Positions 32,360 to 46,368 of a stretch of 64,000 nt of DNA are shown one piece after another. The translations under genes were made by a program, and so were the position numbers. The DNA comes from the human T2T-CHM13v2.0 reference genome, Homo sapiens, in NCBI RefSeq assembly GCF_009914755.1, contig NC_060926.1; one strand, 5' to 3'. Positions within the stretch are counted from its first letter, which is position 1. Each line of letters starts with the position of its first letter. The notes under the pieces were generated by a model that did not search any database, was not told the origin of the DNA, and was given only the letters and a program-made list of their open reading frames with translations.

Positions 32360-32600
32360 CCTTCCTCCGGGGCTGACTCATTGTTTTGCAACAAACAGCC
32401 GGCAGCCAGGTCCCAGCAGTTTCTCAAGCCTGGCCCCCAGGCTGGCTGGGCTCAATCCTGGCCCTCCCAACTGCCTGGCCAGGCCCTGAACGATTGAGTT
32501 ATCTCCACTCGCATCCCCTTTGTTTGGGGCGGCTACTTGCCCACTCAAGGTAAACAAATTCTGGGCCTGTGTGAAAAGAAAGGAACGGTTATCTCTGAGG
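32360..32600. promoter_or_regulatory. Candidate enhancer (AP-1, SOX, C/EBP, FOX, GATA motifs)
   Basis: TGACTCA 32374 overlapping CATTGT and TTTTGCAA; GTAAACAAA 32550; TTATCT twice. Confidence 0.5.
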
Positions 32601-32679
32601 CCCTCAGCGGCCTGGCTGGGGAGCAAGACTTTCAGAGGCTTCTGTCTCCAAAGAGAGGAGGGATTTCGGAGCATAGCGT

Positions 32680-32860
32680 CCAGAGGCCAGCTGCCTGGGT
32701 TCAAGCTCCACCTCGGCCACTGACTGCTGATGACCTTGGGCAAGTCCCTGACCTTCTGCTTCAACTTTTTTACCTGTAAAATTTGGGCACAATAATATCT
32801 ATATCATAAAGTTGTTCTGAGGATTGATGAGTTCATATTTATAAAATGCTACATAAAGGA
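32680..32860 (+). mobile_element. MIR SINE
   Basis: 'gcctgggttcaagctcc...gaccttgggcaagt...tgtaaaat...gttctgaggatt'. Confidence 0.75.
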
Positions 32861-32867
32861 TGTGAGG

Positions 32868-33192
32868 TTTTTTGGGGTTTTTTTGTTTTATTTTGTTTTT
32901 TGAGACCGAGTCTCGTTCTGTTGCCCAGGCTGGAGCGCAGTGGGGCAATCTTGGCTTACTGCAACCTCTGCCTCCCGGGCTCAAGCGATTCTTCTGCCTC
33001 AGACTCCTGAGTAGCTGGGACTACAGTCACACACCTCACACACCACCACGCCCAGCTAATTTTTATATTTTTAGTAGAGACAGGGTTTCTCCTTGTTGGC
33101 CAGGGTCGTCTCGAACTCCTGACCCCAGGTGATCCACCCGCCTCAGCCTCCCAAAGTGCTGGGATTAGAGGTGTAAGCCACCGCACCCGGCC
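32868..33192 (-). mobile_element. Alu (AluS-like)
   Basis: Antisense Alu; TSD gatgtgag. Confidence 0.95.
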
Positions 33193-34278
33193 TGATGTGA
33201 GTTTTTTAAAAAGCTACGTACAAGAGATGTTAAATGGGGGAAAAGGTGGGGGGTCCACAGGTAACATTAAATAAACTCAACACCCAAGGCCAGGCTCAGA
33301 GGGATTTTCCAGTGCCCCCTCCTCCACCCCACACCTGCTCCCACCCCCACCCCCTCCCCAGCAGGCCAGGCTCCTCCACTCTGCATCCCTGAGCCAGGGC
33401 ATCGAACGGCCCAGCGGGGTCGGTACCGAGGCCCTAAGCTCCTTTTCAAATGGAAGCCGTACAGGGGAAATCCTCCAGGGAGGTAGGCGCCAGCCTGGGA
33501 GGATCTGGCCACCTGAGGACTTACTCAGAGAGGCTTTGGGGTTTGCATCCAGAGCTTTTGGAATTTCAAAAAGATGTCCCCACAGACGATGGGCCTGCAG
33601 GGGTGAAATGATGGAGGGAGGGTGGCCATGTCACCACCTCTCACCCACGGTGGGCTCTGTCCTACCATTTTCTTGTCTGGACTGATTTTTCCAAATAGCT
33701 GATTTCTCAGGCTCCAGATTCCAATCTGGTCCTGACACTTACTAGCTGGGAGACTTTGAGCGAGCTACTTTCTTTCTCTCAAGCTCCGTTTCCTTGTCTG
33801 TAGCAGGACATATTAATCCCTGCCTTGCATGGTGGGCAGGGTAGTAGATGAGGCAGCACAGGCCAAGCTCTTTGTGTGGGGCCTGGGTGTGAGGCCAGGG
33901 TTCCATTTGTGGTGTCCTCTCCCTCTCCCCCACCCCCACCCTTGTCTCCACCCCAGCTCCATCCCTAAGCCACACTATGGCCTTGAATAGCTCCTGTCTC
34001 AGCTTTTGTGCTGAGTGCCTGAGAATCTCCGTACCCCTAATCTGACTCCATTTGGTTGCCCCCACCCCACTCTAGCTCCAGCATCCTTTCTGGTGAGTCT
34101 AAGCACCTGGGGTCTGGATCCTCAGCCTCTCCCTTCCTGGTTCTCCCAAGGGTGCCAATATTGCATGAAGCTAACAGAGTGTACTTGAGAGCCCAAGAGA
34201 TTGGGGTGACATCTAGGCTCCTCCACTCACTGGCAGCGAGACCCTAGCACAAGCCATGGGTCCTCCCCAAGCCTCTGT

Positions 34279-35180
34279 CACTCACTCATTTATTCAGCAC
34301 ATGTCTCTGAGCACCTGCTCTGTGCCTGACATTACGCTGGGTGCCGCAGGTACAATGGTGAACGACACAGACCCAATCCCTGCCCTGGGAGAGTGAATCA
34401 TCTAGCAACGGAGACAAATATTCAATACACACCCAACGCATAGTTAGTGAGTATTGCAGAGAGTGAAGGGTGCGATGGGATCAGATTTCCCAGCGGGCCC
34501 AAGAGAGGGTATCCCTAAAGCTTACACCAGCAACTGAAGGATATCTAGGAATGATAGGAGCTAGGGAAGTAGAGATGGGGAGAGCACTGGACAAACAGCA
34601 GAAACAGCATGTACAAAAGCCCTGAGGTCAGAAGAGCTGGGTACTCCTTGTACTGAAAGGAGGCCACAGTGAGGGAGCAAAAGATAGACCAAAGATGAGG
34701 TTGGGAAGTAGACAGGGCTGAATCTGGCGAGAACACACAGGTCTTGGGAAGGACTCTTGACTGGAACCAGTGAGTGGTTTTAAGTGGTGGGGGGCATGGC
34801 TGCAGTTCTTGCTGTACTCCAGTAGCTGAAGGGGTAATGGCTTAGAGCGGGTTTCAGGAGACCAGGGAGGAGGCTATCTTCCAGGGGAAGAGTGGTTGGA
34901 CTTGGAGGGGATAGTGGAGCCGGAGAGAAGGGGCAGAGCCAAGATGTGCGCAGGGAGTGGGTACAATAGGACCTGGTGATAGGGCAGTTATGGAGGTCAA
35001 AGGAGAAGATGTCAAATATACCGCTCAGGTTTCTGACTGGGGAAACTGGGTGGGGCCAGTTACTGAGATGGGAAACCCCAGAGGAGGGGCAGATTTGTTG
35101 GGAGAAGGGAGAGCAGGAATTTAGTTTTTGAGATCTATTTTTGAGATATCCCTAGCAAGTAAGCAACTGGATATATCAGT
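34279..35180 (-). mobile_element. L2 LINE fragment (continues ~36260-36390 after the Alu cluster)
   Basis: Starts 'cactcactcatttattcagcacatg...gagcacctgctctgtgcc'; purine-rich antisense L2 body. Confidence 0.75.
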
Positions 35181-35182
35181 AT

Positions 35183-35292
35183 TTTTTTTTTTAAAAAGAA
35201 GGGGTCTCACCATGTTGGCCAGACTGGTCTTGAACTCCTGGCCTCAAGCAATCTTCCCACCTTGGCCTTGAAAAGTGCTGGGATTACAGTCT
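35183..35292 (-). mobile_element. Alu monomer (FLAM or left arm)
   Basis: Antisense single monomer. Confidence 0.85.
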
Positions 35293-35309
35293 TGATTTTA
35301 AAAGAAAGG

Positions 35310-35593
35310 GGCTGGGCACCATGGCTCACACCTGTAATCTGAGCACTTTAGGGGGCCGAGGCAGGTGGATCACTTGAGGTCAGGAGTTTGAGAGCAGCCT
35401 GGCCAACATGGTGAAACCCTGCTTCTACTAAAAATACAAAAATTAGTCAGCATGGTGGCACACGCCTATAATCCCAGCTACCTGGGAGGTGAGGCACGAG
35501 AATCACTTGAACCCAGGAGGTTGCAGTGAGCCGAGATCAGGCCACTGCACTCCAGCCTGGGCAACAGAGTGAGGCTCCATCTCAAAAAAAAAA
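35310..35593 (+). mobile_element. Alu (AluS-like)
   Basis: Sense Alu dimer. Confidence 0.95.
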
Positions 35594-35612
35594 GTATCAA
35601 AAAAATAAAAAT

Positions 35613-36243
<631 letters not shown>

Positions 36244-36564
36244 AGAAATTTTCTAGATTGAAAATTGGAAATCGTAGAGGTGGAATTAAAAGACAGGAAT
36301 GGGAAGATTGTTTGGGAGAGAGTAATCACGGCTCTCAAATAATCAGCCAAAGAGAACTCAGCCCAGGGCCTGAAGACCACCCCACTTAAACGTCCGGTGA
36401 AGTCGGAGCCTCAGTTTAATCAAATGTAAAATGTTGGTAGGCGCACCCGCAGCTCACAGCATAACTGAGAAGTCTATTAAGTAATGGATGTAAGGCACTT
36501 ATCCGGTGCCTGGCACACAGCAAATGAGCAATAAATGCTGGGGAGGAATGCTGTGATGATGCAT

Positions 36565-37368
<804 letters not shown>

Positions 37369-38058
37369 ATTACTGCGGAAATGTGCTTGCAGTCAAAACT
37401 GCATTTAGTGCCTGTAGGCACGTTCCCTGGGGCTGTTTCCATCTATAGATCCTGGCACTCAGGGGAACCCCCACCCCACCACTCCCACTCCCAATCACAT
37501 GGATTCACCAGCAACCTCCTCACATATCTCTAGTCCATGGTGTCTTCCCCCACCGTCCCCCCACCCCAGTTCCCCGGCGCCCAGGCAGCACCTGTAGATG
37601 AACCTCCCCTTGGCCCTACTTTGAAGGGGGCCCCTTCTCAGAGCCTTTAATGGCCAGACCCCAGGATTGAGTTTTCTTGACCTGACCTCTCCAAAGTTTC
37701 TCTCTCCTTCCATCACTGCTGGTCTCATATCAGTCCAGCTCACCCCCGCCTTCCTCCAGGAAAGGACTCCTGACCTCATTAGGCTCGCGCCCCCTCCCGC
37801 TGACCTCCGAATGGGCTGCTACAAGTTCATGGTTCACCTACAGGGAGTGGCTGCGCACACCAGTCACTGAGGTGAGTAAGTGCTTCATCTCTCTCAATCC
37901 CGGAACAGCAGACACCACCGTCCCTAGGTGACAGAGAAGAAACAGAGGTTCAGAGAGGCTTAGTAACATGCCATGACTCACACCAGTGGTTAGTTAAATA
38001 ACCAGGACTTGAATCCAAGGCTGACTTGATGACTGATCTGAAAAACTTCGCTTTGTTT

Positions 38059-38392
38059 CATGGGTCAGCAAACTATGGTTTGAGCTCCCAAGTAGCTGAG
38101 GCTACAGTTGACCTGTGGGCCCGGTTTTACCCACTGTCTGCTTTTGTGCAGCCTGAGAGCTAGAATGATTTTTTACGTGGTTGCAGGGAGAAAATCAAAA
38201 GCAGCATAACACTCTGGCACATGTGAAAATCATATGAAATTAAAATATCAGTGCCCGTTAAAAAATGTTATTGAAGCACAGTTGTGCCCAGTCAGGTATG
38301 GCCAAGTTGGGTAGTTGTGACAGAGACAAAAGACTCCAAAGCCTTATTCTTTTTACATCTGGCCCTTTACAGAAAGCATTTGCTGGGCCCTG
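38059..38392 (+). mobile_element. MER58B-like hAT-Charlie DNA transposon
   Basis: Ends 'catgggtcagcaaactatgg' and 'tctggccctttacagaaagcatttgctgggccctg'; internal 'catgtgaaaatcatatgaaatt'. Confidence 0.85.
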
Positions 38393-38758
38393 CGCTAAAG
38401 GGTTCTCCCACAGCCCCAGGGGCCCTAAACACACTGCCTGAATCTAGGGGTTGCTGGAAGACCCTGGAGGAAAAGTAAGGTGGATTTCAGCCCTTTGTAC
38501 ACCCAGGTACTCAAGATTTGCTAAAGGCTCAAGACCTGAAAACATCCAGAAAATGCCTCTAAACCAACCCCTACTGGTGTTCCCCGCTGAGCCAGACTAT
38601 CTGTCCGAGGGTCTGCGGTGGGACACCTTGGTCCCTACAGGATCTGACTCATCTGGTGGAGTGCTCTTCCGGTCTTGTTTAGTTTTCAAAGAAACAACTT
38701 CCAGGAAAACAGCAGAAGGAAGAAGGCTTCATGGGAAGAATGAGCCAGAGAGTTGTTA

Positions 38759-39278
<520 letters not shown>

Positions 39279-39767
39279 TCAGCCCCGCCTTGCGCCCACC
39301 CCCAGGCCAGACACGCTTATGTAGTGCCCCCTTTTCACAGCTGTCTGTGGCAGCCTGACTTGACCTGACAGTAGGCAGGTCCTGAAGCAGCTTGGGTTTC
39401 CTGAGTTTCCCTCTAACTCTGCTCCTCACTCAAGCCAGTCCACCAGCCTTCCTGGGTTTGTTTCTTCTTCTGTATAATGGGAATGTCTGTCCTGTCTCCC
39501 TCCGGCAGTTCTGGGTATGCAATGATGAAGCAGATGTGGACACCAGGGTGGAGGGTTTTGATGTCAACCAAAGGACCAAATGGAAGCCTTCCATTTGGGG
39601 TCCTCCAGAAGCTGCTATTTACAGAAAAGGCTTTGTTGTCATTTTTAAAAACAGATATGGTGAAGAAAATTTGGAAAACAGAGGGGTGTAGTGCCCACAG
39701 TCTACCATGGCTAACATCATTCCTACACTCTATCTTGCTTTGGGGGCCAGGGAGGGAAGACACTTGA

Positions 39768-39930
39768 GCATTACTTCTCAAATGTCTCAACTTTCCCGGA
39801 GGAAATTGTTAAAAAGCAGGTTCTGGTTCAGAAGGCCTGGAGTGGGGCCCAAGAGTCCTCGCTTCTAACAGAGTCCCAGGTGACGCCCATCTGACACTCG
39901 GAGTCTCATGGGACCGAGAAGACCTTAGCG
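39768..39930. mobile_element. MER5A-like hAT-Charlie remnant
   Basis: 'ttgttaaaaagcaggttctggttcagaaggcctggagtggggcccaagag...ttctaacagagtcccaggtga'. Confidence 0.65.
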
Positions 39931-40294
39931 CAGGTTGAAGAGGTGAGGCCAAGGTGTCCTTGCCCTGAGGGGTAGTGGGAGCCCTGGAAGCTCCTAGCCT
40001 GTGGCAGGCCTGCCTCTTGAAGTAAGGCACAGGGGCAGCCTCCCAGGACCCCGGGGATCAGCCAACAGGCTCCACACTGGAAACTGTGGGAGTGAAGACC
40101 TCAAGGGCTCAAGCCCTTGGGCGGGGGTGGGAGGAGGTCTCGAGCTGGGGAGGCTGGGAAGGGCTGGGTTTCCCCAGATCAAAGCAGCTTCCCCAGCCTT
40201 TGATTCCCCAACAAGCAGCCTCTTTGGACTCGGACTGGAGTTTGGGGCCCGCTGGTCTTAGGGCCTGGGGAAAGTGGTAAGAGGCTCTGGCCTG

Positions 40295-40440
40295 CTCTCT
40301 TTTTGCATAACAGCTTGGCTGCCTAACAAAAGGGCGGTCCTTAAAAGGCCTTATGGGGCTGTTAAAAGCTTCCGGCGATGGTTTAATTGGGGGCGATTAA
40401 AGTGTCCTCCCCAGGAAGGCCTGCCCTTCAAAGGCCAGCC
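40295..40440. promoter_or_regulatory. Candidate enhancer (CArG/SRF + ETS + TCF/LEF + octamer-like + homeodomain)
   Basis: TTTTGCAT 40301, AACAAAAG 40325, CCTTAAAAGG 40339, CTTCCGG 40369, TTAATT and GATTAA, CTTCAAAGG 40426. Confidence 0.55.
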
Positions 40441-41255
40441 AGGCCTGGCTCCCCTGCCCTCAGCACCTCTCCCCGCAGCCTCTCCCAGACTGGTGGCCCG
40501 GCCCTCAGCCTCTCCCCTCCCCAGCCTCAGCCACACCTAGGAGGTCCAGGGCCGGACCCTTTGGCCAGCCTGTCTGTAGGGATTCTGTCTCAGCCTGGAC
40601 AGCAGCACCATCTGCTCACACAGTTTGTTCTCTTGGCTGAGTCTGGCACAAGAGGGAGGGAAGGCTGGGTTAGAGACACAAACAGCCTCAGAAATTGGGG
40701 ACCCCTTGCAGCACTCTCTCCCCTCAGAACACCTCGACTGGCCTTTGGGCCCCTCCTTGAGCTCCAGGTTACCAGCCCTTCCCCAGGACCCCCACCTGTC
40801 TGGAACTTCGTGGTCACTGCTGGGCACCCCATCTCCCACCACACATGAATCTTCAGGCATGTGTGGTGGGAGATGCCTGGAAGTGTGCAATCTTCTGAGC
40901 ACACTACCTGGAAGGTGTTGGAGATTCAGAGGTGACCAGACAGGGACACCTCCAGGGAGGAGGGGATAGTGGAGGTGTAAGTAGGTGAAAGTGACGGGGC
41001 GTGATGTGAGGTGGAAGGAGCCGTGGTGGGGGTGGGCCACAGAGGGCCAGGAAGGACTTTCTGGAAGCAACAGCGCCTACAGTTAGAATGTGACCAGCTT
41101 AACTGGGCCCATTTGCCAACCCTGATGTTAACAACAGGACCACATCCAGCTTTACTAACAGACTTTGTCCACACCACCAACTCTGGGCTCCTGGGAGGGA
41201 GGTGGGGTAGACGGCCCATCCAGTCTAGAATAGCCACTCTGGGGGCATCTAATTC

Positions 41256-41534
41256 TTTTTTTCCTTGAGACAGGGTCTCGCTCTGTCACCCACGCTGAAG
41301 CGCAGTGCTGCAAACACGGCTCATTGCAGCCTCCACTTCCTGGGCTCAAGCCATTCTTCTTCCTCAGCCTCCTGAGTAGCTAGGACTACAGGCACGCACC
41401 ACACCTGGCTAATTTTTGTTTTTTTGTGTGTAGTGACAGGGTTTCACCATGTTGCCCAGGCTGGTCTCAAACTCCCGGGCTCAAGTGATCCACCCAAAGT
41501 ATCGGGATTGCAGGTGTTAGCCACTGCGCCCAGC
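41256..41534 (-). mobile_element. Alu (AluJ-like)
   Basis: Antisense Alu; TSD ggcatct(a/g)attc. Confidence 0.92.
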
Positions 41535-41822
41535 TGGCATCTGATTCATACATTTCCCCAGAGCCCACCTTCCCTCTCAGATATTATACATTCTTTTGTC
41601 TGAACCTTAGGAGCTGCTTTGGATGCAACTTGCCTGTCTCATCCCCTCAGGCCCATCACCCAAACAAAACTCAGAGCCTTCTCCCCTGGGGTGCTCTGTT
41701 TCCTGCATGAATCTTGCTCTCATCTCCCCGTCCGTGCCCATCCTAGATGGGGTGCCAGGGCCAAGGGTCTTTAGGATTTTCACCTCCTGTGTCAGCATCA
41801 AGGTAAGGAAAGCCCCCCCACC

Positions 41823-42126
41823 TTTTTTTTTTTTTTTTTGAGATGGAGTCTTGCTCTCGTTGCCCAGGCTGGAGTGCAATGGCATGATCTTGGCTCACTG
41901 TAACCTCCCGCCTCCCAGGTTCAAGCAATTCTCCGGCCTCAGCCTCCCGAGTAGCTGGGATTGCAGGCAGGCACCACCACACCTGGACAATTTTTGTATT
42001 TTTAGTAGAGACAGGGTTTCGCCATGTTGACCAGGTTGGTTGACCTTGAGCTCCTGACCTTGTGATCCGCCCACCTTGGCCTCCCAAAGTGCTGGGATTA
42101 CAGGCCTGAGCCACTGCGCCGATCCA
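41823..42126 (-). mobile_element. Alu (AluS-like)
   Basis: Antisense Alu dimer. Confidence 0.95.
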
Positions 42127-42762
42127 AGGCCATGATTTTTTACAGTGTAAGTGCTGGAGGAAAGCAAGCCCAAGGCAGGGGGCAAGGGGGCGTAGGCTGG
42201 AAGAACAGGCTGCAGAGGGACTCCCTTCTGAATGCCCTGGGGCGAGGTGTCCCCAGGTATCCCTCTGCCCTCCTGACAGCTTTCCTGTCCAGTCCCAGCA
42301 GCCTATTCTGAACCTGTCATCAAGCACTGAGCCCCCAGCCGCGGTGCCTCCCTCACGTGAGGCTCCTGTCTCCTGACGGCCTTCTGCCTGGGTTTCTCCC
42401 TCCAACAGGGCCTGCTCTTTGCTGCCAAGCTCAGCCTGAGCGATGCTGGGGCTCCCCTCACAAGCCTCCAAGCGTTCCCCCCTCCATGGCAGCTGGACAT
42501 TGCAAACCCTCCCTGACCACTCCCCACCCCAATCATCACCCTCACTTCCATCCTCCAGGAAGGGCTGTGGCCTCACAAGCTCCTGGTGACCCCAGCCATG
42601 CTGTGTTCCTTCCTGCCCACACTCGCCCTGGCCCCTCTTCAGGGAAGTGGTACCTTCCCTTCCTCTGGATCTCTGTGGACTCTGCTGGTCCTTCAAGGGC
42701 CTGCTTATACGTCTCCTCCTCCAGGAAGCTTCCCTGAACATGCCAGTCAAGAACACATTCTC

Positions 42763-43824
<1,062 letters not shown>

Positions 43825-44375
43825 TCTGTTACCCGAGAGGCTGGCCTCTGCCTCCATCAGTTCCCTGAAACAGTGTCCAAAGGCCACCATCAACCTTCAG
43901 AGGCCTCTCCCTTCTCCTGCCCATGGGGTGGTGTAAGGCTGGGCAGTACCCAACTGCCCTTCAGGGATGCAGTGGGGCTGGATGAGGGGCAGGGCAGTGC
44001 CAGCCTGGAGCAATGCCACCCTCCAGCCCAGCCTCACTGGTCGCACCACCTCTCCCTAAGCTGGCTGCTGGGCTTGGGCCCTTTATCATCCCCTCACACT
44101 ATCAGGCCGCTGAAGGAGTATCTCCTCCGCGCCCACCCCAGCTTCTGCCCTGACCCAGATAAGCTGAGGGGCCAGCCCAGGAGGAGAGAGGCAAAGCTGT
44201 AGCCTGGCTCTTCCCCAGCCCTGAACCTCCCTGCCTGGCCCTTGGGTGGAAAGCAGCAGAGACTCCTCTTGGGACTTCTACATCCCAAGATCAGACCGCC
44301 TCTCCAACCCCATGGGCAAGGACAGTGGGCAGGAATTCCTGTGCCCACTTGGCAGATGAAAAAATGGAGGCTGGG

Positions 44376-44700
44376 GGCCGGGCACCGTGGCTCACGCCTG
44401 TAATCCCAGCAGGTTGGGAGGCTGAGACGGGCAGATCATGAGGTCAGGAGATCGAGACCATCCTGGCTAACACGGTGAAACCCCATTTCTACTAAAAATA
44501 CAAAAAAAAAAAAAAAAATTAGCTGGGCGTGGTGGTGGGCGCCTGTAGTCCCAGCTACTCAGGAGGCTGAGGCAGGAGAATGCTGTGAACCTGGGAGGCA
44601 GAGCTTGCGGTGAGCGGAGATCGCGCCACTGCACTCCAGCCTGGGCGACAAAGCAAGACTGTCTCAAAAAAAAAAAAAAAAAAAAAGAAAAGAAAAAAAA
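44376..44700 (+). mobile_element. AluY inserted in a MIR
   Basis: 'gagatcgagaccatcctggctaacacggtg'; perfect 18-bp TSD gaaaaaatggaggctggg at 44358 and 44701. Confidence 0.95.
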
Positions 44701-44913
44701 GAAAAAATGGAGGCTGGGTAAGTGACCTGCCCAAGGTCACTGGGCCAGACCCATAGGAAGTCGGGGCTGGACGGGGCCTCAGCATGTCCCAGGGCTCTCT
44801 GATGGGGCTTTGTGGAGGATGTTTTCTGAATGAGTCCAGCTGGAGAGGCCAGCCTGCAGATGAGGCCTGTGCACTGCCCCTTCCACAGTCTCCGGCCAGC
44901 CTCCCAGCACCGC

Positions 44914-45487
44914 CTGAGCCCAGAGCCCTCGTGCCTCCTTCCTGCAGGGCTCTTGTCTCCCGACAGCCTTCTGCCTGGGTTTCTTCCTCCAACAGGGCCT
45001 GCTCTTTGCTGCCAAGCTCAGCCTGAGCAATCCTGGGGCTCCCCTCACAAGCCTCCAAGCGTTCCCCTCTCCAGGACAGCTGGACATTGCAAACCCTCCC
45101 TGACCACTCCCCACCCTGATCATCACCCTCACTTCCGTCCTCCAAGCAGGGGCTGTGGCCTCACAGGCTCCTGGTGACCCCAACTATGCCACGTTCTTTC
45201 CTGCCCACACTCGCCCTGGCCCCTCCGCAGGGAAGTGGTACCTTCCCTCCCTCTGGATCTCTGGGGATCCTGCTGGTCCTTCAGGGGCCTGCTTATATGT
45301 CTCCTCCTCCAGGAAGCTTCCCTAAAGATGGCAGTCAAAAACACATTCTCCTTCAAATGGCTGTAGCACTTACTATATGCCAGGCACTGTGCTGAGCCCT
45401 GGGTCTCATCTAACCCTCACAGCAACCACAAGCAGCAAATTCACTCCACTATTATCACCTCCAGGTTCTAGATTAAAAAACAGAGGC
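44914..45487 (+). repeat. Local duplication copy 2 (uninterrupted)
   Basis: Collinear with 42327-42762 plus 43241-43384; retains the empty Alu target site aaaacacattctc. Confidence 0.93.
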
Positions 45488-45784
45488 ACAGAGAGGTCGG
45501 GTAACAGACCCAAGGTCACACAGCCAGAAACAGATCAAGGCAGGATTCAGGCTCTGGCAGTTTGGATCCATGGCATCCACTGGATTAGCAACTCCTTGGG
45601 GCAGGGACCATGGGTCAGGACTGGCTTCCTGTAGGAGAAGTCTTAGTATTTGCTTAGAAAGCTCAGAGCTGGACCCCTCCCCCAGACCTCCAGTCCTCAG
45701 AGTCCCCTGTAGGAGGCAGCACGGGGAAGGACAGAATTTTGTTTTTATTACCACTCAGCCCAGTTTCTCAAAAGTCACTGCCTG

Positions 45785-46097
45785 GGCTGAGCAAGGTGGC
45801 TCACCCCTGTAATCCCAGCACTTTTGGAGGCCAAGGCAGGCGGCTCACAAGGTCAGGAGTTCAAGACCAGCCTGGCCAATATGGTGAAACCCCATCTCTA
45901 CTGAAAATACAAAAATTAGCTGGACATGGTGGCATGCATCTGTAGTCTCAGCTACTCCTACTTGGGAGTCTAAGGCAGGAGAATCGCTTGAACCTGAGAG
46001 GCAGAGGTTGCAGTAAGCTGAGATTGAGCCACTGCACTCCAGCCTGGGCAACAGAGTGAGACTCTGTCTCACAAAAAAAAAAGAAAAGAAAAAAAAA
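45785..46097 (+). mobile_element. Alu (AluS-like)
   Basis: Sense Alu; TSD aaaagtcactgc(c/t)tgg. Confidence 0.95.
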
Positions 46098-46324
46098 GTC
46101 ACTGCTTGGCTTCTTTTTGGTTCTGGCAGGCTGGGCCCAGCCCAAGTGTGGCATGTGAGTGAACCACCCAGAGGAGGGCTGGGGGCTTGGCTCCTGGGGG
46201 CTCCAGTAGCTCCCTGCGACCTATCTCTGCCCCTCAAATCCTTCCATTCTAAAGGCCAGCTCCATGCCCACCTCCTCCAAGAAGCGCCAGCTGCTGCCCC
46301 CAGGCCAGCCTCCACCTGCTCCCA

Positions 46325-46368
46325 CAGGGTGGGGAGTGGTCAGGGAGGGTTTGCAATGTCCAGCTGCC
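46325..46368 (-). repeat. Short inverted copy of the duplicated segment's core
   Basis: 46325-46366 is the exact reverse complement of 45077-45118; 46327-46368 is the exact reverse complement of 42488-42529. Confidence 0.95.

Noticed and set aside
39519-39620. ATGATGA resembling a C/D snoRNA C box next to a hairpin
   Set aside because: No D box (CTGA) or terminal stem at a plausible distance
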